Shown here in pieces: positions 47,293 to 58,228 of a stretch of DNA of 64,000 bases; position 1 is the first letter of the stretch, and each line of letters opens with the position of its first letter. The stretch is from Candidatus Sumerlaeia bacterium. GTDB lineage: Bacteria > Sumerlaeota > Sumerlaeia > SLMS01 > JANRJK01. Both the position numbers and the translations under genes were made by a program. The DNA is taken from the NCBI GenBank assembly GCA_033764015.1, contig JANRJK010000002.1, forward strand, positions 160,001 to 224,000. The letters are read 5' to 3'. The notes beneath the pieces were generated by a model. It was not told the DNA's origin, made no database searches, and saw only the letters and a list, made by a program, of their open reading frames with translations.

Positions 47293-49086
47293 ATGAAACC
47301 GGGCACCCCTGAATCCTTCTGGCAAATGCAGCAGAGCGCGGTGCGGCGCAGCTTCTGGCTGCTTCCGTTCATCGGCGCGATCTACTTCATCTGCTTCGGG
47401 CTCGTCATCTTCGCGGGCGGCGGATTCGTCTTCCTGATTCTGCAGACCGCTTCGTCCCAAGCGCGCGGATCGGGCTTCGATCCCGCGCTGCCATGGCTCC
47501 AGATGGCCGCCGCCACCGCGGTCCTCGCCGGGGGCACCGCCGCCTACCAGTGGTACCGCGCGCGGTACCACGCCGCGGATCTCGTCGTGGACATGGTCCG
47601 CGCCCGTCCGATGAACCCGAAGGACCGCTACCACCAGCGACTCCTGAATGTGGTCGAGGAGATGCGCATCGCGGCGGGCCTGCCCAAGGTCGCGCTCATG
47701 GTGGTCCCATCGCCCGCGGTGAACTCCATGGCGGTGCTCGGCGCCGACGGCCAGCCGAAGGTGCTGGTGAGCGAGGGGATGCTCGCGCACCTCACCCGCG
47801 ACGAGCAGCAGGCCGCCGTCGCGCACGAGCTGGCCCACCTCATCAACGGCGACACGTTCTTCGTCACGGTGCTCTGCTCGCTGGCGGGCTTCTTCGAGAG
47901 GATGAAGGAGTTCGCGACCAACACGAACCGCCCCGCGCACCACGAGCGCAGCGACGAGGGGGCGCATCCGTTCCTCTACATCGCGGCGGCGATCGGCGCC
48001 CTGCTGCTCAAACTGCTCTCCACCACCATCAGCCGCACGCGCGAGTTCGCCGCCGACGCCAAGGCGGTCGAGCTGACGCGCAACCCCGCCGCGGTCGCGG
48101 GCGCCGTCTACAAGGCTCAGATGCGCCGCTCCTTCCTGGGCAGCTTCCCCCAATCCTTCACCCCCATGTTCATCGTCGCGCCGGAAAGCGAACCCGGCGC
48201 GAACGACGATGGCTGGCTGTCCGGCTGGTTCTCGACGCACCCACCCATGATGGAGCGGGTGAAAGCGCTTTCGTCGCTCGCCAAGGCCACCCCGGAGCAG
48301 CTCATCCACGCGATCCACCACGGGGAGTCCCTCCGCGAAGCCGCCCGCGTCGACGCGGTCCCCGAGCAGGACCCGCGCGCGAGCCGCCCCGCGATCCCCG
48401 CCTGGTGGATGGGCGCCGGCGTGCTCCGCAAGCCGGAGGGCGTCCCCGACGAGGAGCCCGCCGCGGACACGACGGAGCGGTGGGAGCTCCCCGCGGGGCC
48501 GGACCGCTGGAGCGGCGCGCACACCGCCGAGGAACTGGTCGGCCTTCCGTTCTTCAGCCTCACCATGTTCGTCCGCCGCGCTGGTTCCGACCAGCCGGAG
48601 GTCGCGCGCGACAACGCGCGGATCCTCCGCGCCTTCAAGGACTTCCGGCAGCGCAACTCCGGCGCGCACCGGGTGGACGCGCCGGAGTGCCCGCACTGCC
48701 GCGTGAAGACGCGCGTCGACGAGTACGAGGGCGTTCCCACGCACCTGTGCCCGAAGTGCCGGGGGCGGCTGGTCAAGCGCGCGGACGTCCTGGCGGTGCT
48801 GACGCGCCGCGAGGTGAAGTTCCCCCCGCGCATCCGCGAGCTCGCGAAGCAGTTCCGCTTCAACGCCGGCATCAACCCGCGGAAGCGCTTCGACGCGCGG
48901 GAGCGCTCCGGCGGCGTCCTGCCTTGTCCGTTCTGCGGCGTCGCGATGCTCGAGAAACCATTCAGCTACCAGTACTTCGTCCCCGTTGACGAGTGCGTCG
49001 GCTGCGCGGTAACTTGGTTCGATCAAGATGAACTGGAGGTCCTCCAAGCCCTCGTTGAAGAGGCGGACGGCCACGGCGGAAAGTAG
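47293..49086 (+). CDS. M48 (HtpX-like) membrane zinc protease with a C-terminal GYF-like segment and two zf-TFIIB-type zinc ribbons
   Basis: LLNVVEEMRIAAGLP, HELAH, SRTREFAAD, STHPP..ERV; CPHC..CPKC and CPFC..CVGC..WFDQDELE. Confidence 0.85.
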   Translation: MKPGTPESFWQMQQSAVRRSFWLLPFIGAIYFICFGLVIFAGGGFVFLILQTASSQARGSGFDPALPWLQMAAATAVLAGGTAAYQWYRARYHAADLVVDMVRARPMNPKDRYHQRLLNVVEEMRIAAGLPKVALMVVPSPAVNSMAVLGADGQPKVLVSEGMLAHLTRDEQQAAVAHELAHLINGDTFFVTVLCSLAGFFERMKEFATNTNRPAHHERSDEGAHPFLYIAAAIGALLLKLLSTTISRTREFAADAKAVELTRNPAAVAGAVYKAQMRRSFLGSFPQSFTPMFIVAPESEPGANDDGWLSGWFSTHPPMMERVKALSSLAKATPEQLIHAIHHGESLREAARVDAVPEQDPRASRPAIPAWWMGAGVLRKPEGVPDEEPAADTTERWELPAGPDRWSGAHTAEELVGLPFFSLTMFVRRAGSDQPEVARDNARILRAFKDFRQRNSGAHRVDAPECPHCRVKTRVDEYEGVPTHLCPKCRGRLVKRADVLAVLTRREVKFPPRIRELAKQFRFNAGINPRKRFDARERSGGVLPCPFCGVAMLEKPFSYQYFVPVDECVGCAVTWFDQDELEVLQALVEEADGHGGK

Positions 49087-49091
49087 GAGCC

Positions 49092-49886
49092 ATGCGGGCA
49101 CTCGTGACAGGATTGAACGGCACTGTGGGCCGCGCGCTCCGCGCCGCCGCGGAAGCGGACGGCCACGAGGTGGTTGGCTGGGACCGCACGCGCGTGCCGA
49201 TCGACCGCTACCAGCCCATGGAGGATTTCGTCCGCTCGGTGCGCCCCGACGTGGTGTACCACCTCGCGATCGCCTCGAACCCCACGGGGCGCGACAACGA
49301 GGGGTGGCTCGTGAACTACGAGTGGCCTAGCGAGCTCGCCTGGATCTGCCGCTCCCTCGGCCTGCGCTTCGTCTACACAAGCACGGTCATGGTCTTTAGC
49401 GACCGGGCGACCGGTCCCTTCTACCCCGACTCGCCGCCCGACGCCACGGTCGGCTACGGCTACGAGAAGCGCCGCGGCGAGGAACGCGTCTTCTACCAGT
49501 ACCCCTCGGCGACCGTCGCCCGCCTCGGATGGCAGATCGGCGCGAAGGCGGGCTCGAACAACATGATCGACTTCTTCGAGCGTAACATGGCGGAGCACGG
49601 ACGCATCGACGCCAGCACGCTCTGGCGCCCCGCGACCTCCTTCCTCGAGGACACCGCCAAGGCGCTGCTCTCGCTCGCCTGGATGCCGCAGGGGCTCTAC
49701 GGCATCGACAGCAACCGGTCCGGCCACAATTTCCACCAGATCGCCACCGCCATCGCCAAGAAGATGAAGCGCGACTGGAACATCGTCGGCACCCAGTCCT
49801 TTTCGCAGGACCAGCGCATGCCCGACGAACGCGTCGACATCGCGCCGCTCGAGGAGCGCCTGCCGCAACTCCGCACCATGCGATAG
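49092..49886 (+). CDS. NAD(P)-dependent sugar-nucleotide oxidoreductase (RmlD-like extended SDR)
   Basis: LVTGLNGTVG, YTSTVMVF, catalytic YGYEK, ARLGW. Confidence 0.8.
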   Translation: MRALVTGLNGTVGRALRAAAEADGHEVVGWDRTRVPIDRYQPMEDFVRSVRPDVVYHLAIASNPTGRDNEGWLVNYEWPSELAWICRSLGLRFVYTSTVMVFSDRATGPFYPDSPPDATVGYGYEKRRGEERVFYQYPSATVARLGWQIGAKAGSNNMIDFFERNMAEHGRIDASTLWRPATSFLEDTAKALLSLAWMPQGLYGIDSNRSGHNFHQIATAIAKKMKRDWNIVGTQSFSQDQRMPDERVDIAPLEERLPQLRTMR

Positions 49887-49950
49887 GCGTGGACCTTCCG
49901 GCACGCGCGGTGCTCCGGTCGGGGCACCGATTCCCGGAGGCCCACCGCCC

Positions 49951-51159
49951 TTGACCAGATTCGCCGCGATCGCCGCTCTGTGCGCCCTCGCCACCGCCTG
50001 CGACCAGGCCCGCGACGAGTATACCTATACGCTGCCGTCGCCGCCTCCCACCATGCCTCCCCCGGAACAGCAGCCCGGCGCGCTCCCCGCGCAGCCGCCC
50101 GCGGGATCCCCTCCGCAGGCGGGCGCAGCCGTGCTCCCGCCCGCCGAGCCGTTCGACTTCACCTCGCAGAAGCCCGGCAGCCCCGACCTGATGCGCCCCG
50201 TCGAGCTCGCGGGCTACCGCTTCGCGGTTCCCGCCGCGTGGAGCGAAACCACCGCCGGCCGCCCGATGCGCCTCGCCGAGTTCAAGGCGGGCGCCAAGCA
50301 CGCCATCCCCACCGAAATCGTGGTGTTCCACTTCGGCCCCGGGCAGGGCGGCAGCGCGGAGGAGAACGCTGCCCGGTGGCTCGGCCAGGTGCAGCCCGAC
50401 GAGGACTCGACGCCGCAGGAGTACCTGACGGGGAACGTCGGCCCGCTCCGCCTCACGATGGTCGGCGCTTCGGGCACCTACACCGCCGCGCAGATGGGCC
50501 AGGCCACCTCCGCGCCGCAGGCTATGCCGGGCTTCGGCCTCATGGGCCTCGTGGTCGAGGGAGGCCCCGAGGGCTCGCTCTTCATCCGCATGACCGGTCC
50601 CCGCGAGGTGGTGCGCGAGGAGTCGCTGCCCTTCGTCTGGATGGCGGGCAGCTTCTCGCCCGCGGACGGCGGCGCCATACCGGCCGGAGAGGGCGGGGAG
50701 CAGCTCGATGTCGCGGGGCTCTCCTTCGCCCTGCCGCGGGAGTGGCGCAGCGTCCCCCCCGCGGGCGCCATGCGCGCGGCGCAGCTTGAGATTCCGAGCG
50801 GGGGGGAAACCCTCGAAGCGGTATTCTTCCACTTCGGTCCGGGTCAGGGGGGTGGCGCCGAGGCGAACATCCAGCGCTGGCTCGGCCAGATGTCGATGCC
50901 CGCTGATATCGCGCCGCTAACCTCCAAGGCGCAGGTGGGCGCGTTGACCATCCACGAGGTGATCGCGGAGGGCGACTGGAGCGGAGGCATGGCCCCGGGC
51001 GGAGTTCCCGCCAGCCCGCAGAAGGACGTCCGGTTGCACGGCTTCGTCGTGGAGGGCGGCCCCGAGGGGACCGTGTTTATCCGCGTGGTGGGACCGCTGC
51101 GTGCCGCGCGCCCGGTCGAGGAGGCGCTCCGGGCGTTCGTCGCGTCCGCCGGGGGCTGA
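49951..51159 (+). CDS. Lipoprotein with a Pro-rich linker and two copies of an uncharacterised ~160-aa domain
   Basis: Lipobox LATAC; both halves carry P..W..MR.A, FHFGPGQGG.AE.N..RWLGQ and VVEGGPEG..FIR..GP; GGAGG before the TTG start. Confidence 0.75.
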   Translation: MTRFAAIAALCALATACDQARDEYTYTLPSPPPTMPPPEQQPGALPAQPPAGSPPQAGAAVLPPAEPFDFTSQKPGSPDLMRPVELAGYRFAVPAAWSETTAGRPMRLAEFKAGAKHAIPTEIVVFHFGPGQGGSAEENAARWLGQVQPDEDSTPQEYLTGNVGPLRLTMVGASGTYTAAQMGQATSAPQAMPGFGLMGLVVEGGPEGSLFIRMTGPREVVREESLPFVWMAGSFSPADGGAIPAGEGGEQLDVAGLSFALPREWRSVPPAGAMRAAQLEIPSGGETLEAVFFHFGPGQGGGAEANIQRWLGQMSMPADIAPLTSKAQVGALTIHEVIAEGDWSGGMAPGGVPASPQKDVRLHGFVVEGGPEGTVFIRVVGPLRAARPVEEALRAFVASAGG

Positions 51160-51168
51160 GCCGTCCAG

Positions 51169-52218
51169 TCAGGTGCGCTGGACGCGGGGCTTGCGCGGGG
51201 TGTTCGAGTCGGGTTCCGGCACCGCCGCCGCCGGAACGGGCGCGGCGGGCGGGGGAGTGTGGTTGTGCTCGCCGAAATCCAGCTCGTCGAAGATCGAATC
51301 GTTGATGCCGTGCTCCTGCGTCGGCGGCTTCGGCGGCGCCTTCGACGCTGGCGGCGGAGCGGTGGGCTTCGGGGGAATCGCGGGCTGGATCGTCGGGACC
51401 TGCTTCGATGGACGGATCGGCTCCATGTCCTCGTAGCCTTCGATCCCTTCCAACTCGTCGTCGAGCGCGTGGAAGGCGCTTTCGACGTCCATCTCGTCGG
51501 GGGGGCGCATCAGTTCGCCGGAAGCCATGCCGGCGGACTCGTCGAGCACGCGGCTCCCTTCCAGCAGGCAGCTCATCGCCGGGAGGTTGATCGTGGACTT
51601 CGTGGTCAGGCAGCCCTTGTGGACGCGGATTTCCGGGCTGGCGATCGAGAAGAGGATGCGGAACGCATCCATGCCGTAGATCTCGTCGATGGTCTCCGCG
51701 TGGATCACGTTGCCGCCGCGCATGTAGATCGAGCCGATCGTGCCCTTGCCGGTAAGGCGCACCGTCTTGTCGAGGCGCTTCTCGCCGAACAGCTGGATCA
51801 GGTCGCTGACCTCGAGGCCGAAGGCGTCCGTGTGCAGGTTGTTCATCGACTTCAACAGCATCTTGAGCTGGTTCGCGCAGCCCTCGAGATCCTCCTGCGG
51901 GTGGCGCAGCACCTTGGCCGCGCCTTGCGCCAGCAGCGCCACCTCGTAGGCGGCGAGCACGTCCACCAGGCACACCACCACTTCCCACCACGTCGTGCGG
52001 TTCTGGATCAGGTGCGAGACGCGAGACAGATCCGTTTCGGGATTCATCCCGATGACGAGGAGGCCCGTCCTCGAAACGTGCCACGGCTCCTGCGCGAGGT
52101 CGTGGAGCAGCCGGATTTCCGTCGGCAGTCCATCGTCGCCGAGCATCGAAATCACGGTGGCGGAGGTGCTCGGCTCGAGGCCGGCGAACACAAGCGATGT
52201 CAAACTGCGGTGCGGCAT
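51169..52218 (-). CDS. DUF4388 (PatA-N-like) domain protein with a receiver-like N-terminus and an acidic/Pro-rich tail
   Basis: VSDLIQLF..GSIYMRGGNVIHAET..GMDAFRIL..TI..PAMSCLLEGSRVLDE; N-terminal segment ALLAQGAAKVLRHP resembles a receiver end. Confidence 0.7.
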   Translation of the reverse strand: MPHRSLTSLVFAGLEPSTSATVISMLGDDGLPTEIRLLHDLAQEPWHVSRTGLLVIGMNPETDLSRVSHLIQNRTTWWEVVVCLVDVLAAYEVALLAQGAAKVLRHPQEDLEGCANQLKMLLKSMNNLHTDAFGLEVSDLIQLFGEKRLDKTVRLTGKGTIGSIYMRGGNVIHAETIDEIYGMDAFRILFSIASPEIRVHKGCLTTKSTINLPAMSCLLEGSRVLDESAGMASGELMRPPDEMDVESAFHALDDELEGIEGYEDMEPIRPSKQVPTIQPAIPPKPTAPPPASKAPPKPPTQEHGINDSIFDELDFGEHNHTPPPAAPVPAAAVPEPDSNTPRKPRVQRT

Positions 52219-52235
52219 GAAGTGGGCCCGGTTAG

Positions 52236-53729
<1,494 letters not shown>

Positions 53730-53752
53730 CCAACCGCGCCCCCGCGCGCACC

Positions 53753-53786
53753 GGCCCCGGCGGGCGAAAACCCGCCGGGGCCTTTC
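53753..53786 (+). terminator. Intrinsic terminator of eno
   Basis: GGCCCCGGCGGG-CGAAAA-CCCGCCGGGGCC-TTTC. Confidence 0.8.
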
Positions 53787-53858
53787 AGTTGAATAGCCCC
53801 CGCCGCCCCCGGTACTTCCTACCGAGATCAAGCACGCCCACCGCCCGAGGGCCACCGC

Positions 53859-54551
53859 ATGGAAGTCGTCGGCTGTTTCCCCTTCTTGCTGTTCGCCCTC
53901 GTTGGCGGCCTAATCGTGGCCCTCGTGGTGCACGCCGCCAAGGCCGCCCGCAGGCGGCAGGAAGCGCTCGCCGCCTTCGCCGCCCAGTACGGATGGACGT
54001 ACCTGCCGGCCCGCCGCACGGACCTCGAGGGCCGCTGGCCGAAGTTCCCCTTCCTGCGGCAAGGCGACCGCAGGTACGCCGCCAACTATCTCGAGGGCGA
54101 GTGGCGCGGGCACCGCGCGTGCGCCTTCGACTACCACTGGGAGGAGACCACCGGAACCGGCGAGGACCGCCGCACCACCAGCTACGCCGCGACGTTCGTG
54201 ATCGTCTCTCCCAGCCTCCGGCTGCAGCCGTTCGCCGTCCGCCCCGAAGGCATCTTCGACCGCGTCGCCGAGTTCTTCGGCGCCCAGGACATCGACTTCG
54301 AGTCCGCCGAATTCAGCCGCCGCTTCCACGTCTCGTCGCCGGACCGGCGGTGGACCTTCGACCTCTTCCACCCGCGCTGCATCGAGTTCTTCATGGCGGA
54401 GGGATTCCAGCGCATGGCGTGCGATGGAACCTCCTTGGCCGCCGACTGGCAGACCCGCATCCTGACGCCGATGGAAATCTACCAGCGCCTCGAACGGCTG
54501 CACCGGTTCCTCGATCAGATGCCCTCGCACCTGCGCGCGGAAGGAGCCTGA
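53859..54551 (+). CDS. Single-TM membrane protein (DUF3137-like) upstream of lemA
   Basis: N-terminal TM, FDYHW, RPEG.FD, QDIDFESAEFSRRF.V. Confidence 0.65.
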   Translation: MEVVGCFPFLLFALVGGLIVALVVHAAKAARRRQEALAAFAAQYGWTYLPARRTDLEGRWPKFPFLRQGDRRYAANYLEGEWRGHRACAFDYHWEETTGTGEDRRTTSYAATFVIVSPSLRLQPFAVRPEGIFDRVAEFFGAQDIDFESAEFSRRFHVSSPDRRWTFDLFHPRCIEFFMAEGFQRMACDGTSLAADWQTRILTPMEIYQRLERLHRFLDQMPSHLRAEGA

Positions 54552-54555
54552 ACCA

Positions 54556-55107
54556 GTGGAACCCTTCCTTTGCGTCTTGTTCGCGCCGGGGCTGCTCGCG
54601 GGCGTGTGGCTGATGCTGATCTACAACTCGCTCGTCCGCCACCGCAACCACGTGGCCGAGTCGTGGTCCGGCATCGATACGGAGCTGAAGCGGCGCTACG
54701 ACCTAATCCCGAACCTCGTATCGACGGTGAAGGGCTACGCGGCGCACGAGGCGCAGGTGCTCGAGGCGGTCGCCCGCGCCCGCGCCGCGAGCGGCTCCGG
54801 CGTGGACCAGCGCGCCGACGCGGAGCGCTCCGTGGTAAGCGGCCTGCGGACCTTCCTCGCGGTCGCGGAGTCCTATCCGCAGCTCAAGGCGGACGCGCAG
54901 TTCCTGGCGCTGCAGCGCGAACTCGCGGAGACCGAGAACCGCATCCAAGCCGCGCGCCGCTTCTACAACGCGAACGTCCGCGACCTGAACAATCTCGTCC
55001 AGTCGTTCCCGTCGAACCTCGTCGCGAGCACCTTCGGCTTCCGGCAGTCGTCGTTCTTCGAGGTCGAGTCGGCGCTCGAACGCGAGGCGCCTAAGGTCGC
55101 CCTTTAG
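54556..55107 (+). CDS. lemA: LemA family protein
   Basis: YNSLV..WSGIDTELKRRYDLIPNLV.TVKGYAAHE, ESYPQLKA, ENRI..ARRFYN, FPSNLVA. Confidence 0.96.
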   Translation: MEPFLCVLFAPGLLAGVWLMLIYNSLVRHRNHVAESWSGIDTELKRRYDLIPNLVSTVKGYAAHEAQVLEAVARARAASGSGVDQRADAERSVVSGLRTFLAVAESYPQLKADAQFLALQRELAETENRIQAARRFYNANVRDLNNLVQSFPSNLVASTFGFRQSSFFEVESALEREAPKVAL

Positions 55108-56378
55108 GCCCCGTCGTAATCCGCCAGCAGCAGCTCCGCCGTGCGCTTCGCGGCGCCGCGGTTCGCCTCCGCCGCCGCGCGCCCCGCCGCGCCTAGCCGC
55201 GCGCGTTCCCCCGCATCGCCGGTAAGCCTGGCCAGCACCTCCGCCAGCGAGCCTCGCGGCACCTGCAGTAGCGCGCGCGCCGCGTCGAGGATCCGGACCA
55301 GCTCCGGCTGGTTGTGCATGTCCGGACCGAACAGCACCGGCAGGCCATGGACCGCGGGCTCGAGGACGTTGTGGCCTCCGGTTCCATTCCAGCTACCGCC
55401 CACGATCGCGACATCGCCGCCGCCGTAGGCGCGCCCGAGCACCCGCATCTTGTCCAGCAGAAGCACCGGCGCGCCCCCCGGCGGCGCGGGCCCGGCGCTG
55501 AGCCGGTGCGACGGGCCGCGCTTCGCTAGGCGCTCCGCCACCGCATCGAACCTCTCCGGGTGCCGCGGGGCGATGACGAGGCGCAACGGCAGGCCAGCGG
55601 CGCGCAGCTCCGCGACCGTCGACACCAGCAAGTCCTCTTCGCCCTCGTGCGTGGAGCCGGCCACTAGGACCATTTCGCCCGCTCCGACGCCCCACTCCGC
55701 CCGCATCGCAGTCCGCTCGTCGGGGGTCAGCGGCTCCGGTAGAGCGTCGAACTTCACGTTCCCCGTCACGCGGATCCGCCGGTCGGAGCCGACGACGCGC
55801 GCCATCCGCTCGGCGTACTCGTCGTTCTGCATCAGCAGCAGGCGGAAGGCGGAAAGCGCGGGGCGGAACAGCGGCGCGAGTCGCTCGTAGCGCGCCGCGG
55901 AACGGGCGCTGAGCTTCCCGTTCGCCAGATACGCGGGAAGCCCGCGGCGGCGGCACTCGCCAAGCAGGTTCGGCCAAAGCTCGGTCTCGAGCACCACGTA
56001 CAGGCTGGGCCGATGGGCCGCGAGGAAACGCCGCACCACCCAGGAGAAGTCGAGCGGCGCATAGGTGTGCCGCTCGATGCCGGGGAGCGATTTGTGCGCC
56101 TGCGCCTGTCCGGTCTCCGTCGTCGTCGTGGAGAGGAAACGCCAAACGGGCTTGTGGGAGTGGAGTTCGCGGAAGAGCGCCCCCGAGGCCACGGTCTCGC
56201 CGACCGACACGGAGTGCAGCCAGCAGCGCTCGACCGCGGGCAGTGGCGGGCTCGGCAGGCGCCGCCCCAGCATGGACGGCAGCGAGTCGCGGTACTTGCC
56301 ATGGCGGAGGCGTTTGTATCCCATGATCGCCGCGTAGGGAGGCGCGGCAGCGAGGTAGGCAAGGTCCCACGGGGTCAT
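55104..56378 (-). CDS. waaA: 3-deoxy-D-manno-octulosonic acid transferase
   Basis: WLHSVSVGE, STTTETG, APLD, ETELWPN, TGNVKFD, GSTHEGEE, APRHPERF, GGHNVLEPA; start at ATG 56378. Confidence 0.95.
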   Translation of the reverse strand: MTPWDLAYLAAAPPYAAIMGYKRLRHGKYRDSLPSMLGRRLPSPPLPAVERCWLHSVSVGETVASGALFRELHSHKPVWRFLSTTTTETGQAQAHKSLPGIERHTYAPLDFSWVVRRFLAAHRPSLYVVLETELWPNLLGECRRRGLPAYLANGKLSARSAARYERLAPLFRPALSAFRLLLMQNDEYAERMARVVGSDRRIRVTGNVKFDALPEPLTPDERTAMRAEWGVGAGEMVLVAGSTHEGEEDLLVSTVAELRAAGLPLRLVIAPRHPERFDAVAERLAKRGPSHRLSAGPAPPGGAPVLLLDKMRVLGRAYGGGDVAIVGGSWNGTGGHNVLEPAVHGLPVLFGPDMHNQPELVRILDAARALLQVPRGSLAEVLARLTGDAGERARLGAAGRAAAEANRGAAKRTAELLLADYDGA

Positions 56379-56578
56379 GGCAGGACCGTCGCACCCGGTG
56401 TCGGGTGGCCGCAAGAGCCCCGGAAGGCGGTCACGCCCCCGCCCCGAACGGCACGATTCCATCATACCGCTAGGCACCATGCGGTCTGATGGCCGCTAAG
56501 TTGCGTTGTTTTGCGCCAAACCGGCGATACATGCCGAAGAATGGGCGCCTTGGGCGCCTTCCACAGGGGAACTGCTCC

Positions 56579-58141
56579 GTGCGTACATTGCGCCACGCCA
56601 CATTGATCACCATCTTGTTCGCGGCGACCGGCTGCCTGGTCGGCCCGAAGAACGTCACGCTCGACACCTCCGCGCCGGAGAGCCTCGCGGGCCGCCTCGC
56701 CATCACCGACGCCGCTGCCGAAATGGCCGCCGTCAAGCCCGCCACCGCCTGGTGGGAACGCTTCAACGATCCAAAGCTGAACGAACTGATCGGCCGCGCG
56801 CTCAAGGCGAACCAGGACCTCGAGGTGGCGAAGGAGCGCATCCGCGCCGCCCGCGCCGGCGCCCGCGGCGTGAAGTCCGCGCTCGTCCCGACGGTCGACT
56901 CGAACAGCTCCGTCTCGAAGTCGCAGAGTTCGCTGCGGGCCCGCGCGGAGGAGCAGGACCAGGAGTTCTTCGGCGCCGACCGCTACTCGCGCAACTACAG
57001 CTCGTCCATCGACGCCGCTTACGAAATCGACATCTGGGGCAAGAACCGCCAGGGCATCGAGGGGGCCAAGCAGGGCATCCTCGCCGCGGAGGCGGCGTAC
57101 CGCGCCACCGTGCTCTCCTTGGTGGCCGAAGTCGCGGCGACCTACTTCGAGGCCCGCGGCGCCGAGGAGACCCGCCTGCTCATCGCGGAGGAAGTGAAGA
57201 ACCGCGAGGAGTTCCTCGAGATCATCGTCCGCCGCGAGAAGAGCGGCCTCACCTCGCCGCTCGACACCCGGCGCCAGGAAGTCGAGATCGCGAACGTCCG
57301 CGCGCAACTCCCCGCCGCGGAGACGCGCGTGGTCCGGGCCAACTACCGCCTCGCCACGCTCCTCGGCGAGAATCCCCAGACCTTCGACATGGAGAGCGCC
57401 AAGCTCGCGGGGCTCCCCGTGCTGCCGCTCGTCCCGGAGGGCCTGCCCGCCGACCTGATGCGCCAGCGCCCCGATGTGCTGCGGGCCGAAGCCGTCGCAC
57501 GCGGTGCGGCGGCGGACATCGGCGTCGCCCTCGGCGACATGTACCCGTCGCTGACCGCCAGCGCCTCCGCCGGCTACAGCTCCGCCTTCTTCGGCGACTT
57601 CATGGACGACCTCTCCGACAAATGGACGCTCGCCTCGGCGCTGCGTCTCCCGCTCTTCGACGGCGGGCGGCGCTACGCCGAGCTCGAAGCGCGCCGCGCC
57701 CAGTTCCGCGAGGCGGTCGCCGCATACCGGCAGACCGTTCTCCTCGCCCTCGAGGAAATCAACACCAGCCTGGTCGCCGCGTCCAAGAGCCGCGAAAGCC
57801 GCTCGGCCCGCTATGCCGCGCTCGAGTCCGCCCGCGAGGCGAACCGCATCGCCCGCGAGCAGTACCGCGCCGGCTCCATCGCCTTGGTGGACCTGCTGGA
57901 TTCGCAGCGCACGGAGCTGCAGACCCGCCAACTGGTCATCGACGCCGACCAGCAGACCGTTACGGATGTCGTCAGCCTCTATAAGGCTTTCGGCGGCGGC
58001 TGGGATGTGACGGCGGTCGACCCCGTGGCGCTTCCCGAGCGGAGCACCGGGCGCCGGATCGCGGAGAACATCCCGCTTTGGGCGGCCGGGCTGGACGACC
58101 CGTTCGACGCGGACGAATCCGGCAAGTCAGGGAATCCCTAA
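56579..58141 (+). CDS. Outer-membrane efflux channel lipoprotein (NodT/OprM/TolC family)
   Basis: Lipobox ATGC, WWERFNDPKLNELI..N.DL, YEIDIWG, PADLMRQRPDV, PLFDGG, LYKAFGGGW; GTG 56579 after AGGGGA. Confidence 0.92.
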   Translation: MRTLRHATLITILFAATGCLVGPKNVTLDTSAPESLAGRLAITDAAAEMAAVKPATAWWERFNDPKLNELIGRALKANQDLEVAKERIRAARAGARGVKSALVPTVDSNSSVSKSQSSLRARAEEQDQEFFGADRYSRNYSSSIDAAYEIDIWGKNRQGIEGAKQGILAAEAAYRATVLSLVAEVAATYFEARGAEETRLLIAEEVKNREEFLEIIVRREKSGLTSPLDTRRQEVEIANVRAQLPAAETRVVRANYRLATLLGENPQTFDMESAKLAGLPVLPLVPEGLPADLMRQRPDVLRAEAVARGAAADIGVALGDMYPSLTASASAGYSSAFFGDFMDDLSDKWTLASALRLPLFDGGRRYAELEARRAQFREAVAAYRQTVLLALEEINTSLVAASKSRESRSARYAALESAREANRIAREQYRAGSIALVDLLDSQRTELQTRQLVIDADQQTVTDVVSLYKAFGGGWDVTAVDPVALPERSTGRRIAENIPLWAAGLDDPFDADESGKSGNP

Positions 58142-58210
58142 AACGCTTACGGGGTTGACACCGAGGGGGCCACGTCCCACACACCCCGCTCTTGCGGAGT
58201 AAGGCGGCAC

Positions 58211-58228
58211 CCCTAAAGCACTTTAGGG
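58211..58228. promoter_or_regulatory. Operator-like palindrome in the leader of the OmcB-like gene
   Basis: CCCTAAAG-CA-CTTTAGGG, AT-rich against a GC-rich background. Confidence 0.4.

Noticed and set aside
58142..58206. c-di-AMP (ydaO) riboswitch-like words on the minus strand (GAGCGGGG ... AACCCCGTAAGCG)
   Set aside because: The central conserved core is missing, the segment is too short, and it points into the 3' end of a plus-strand gene. A cmsearch with the ydaO-yuaA model would settle it.
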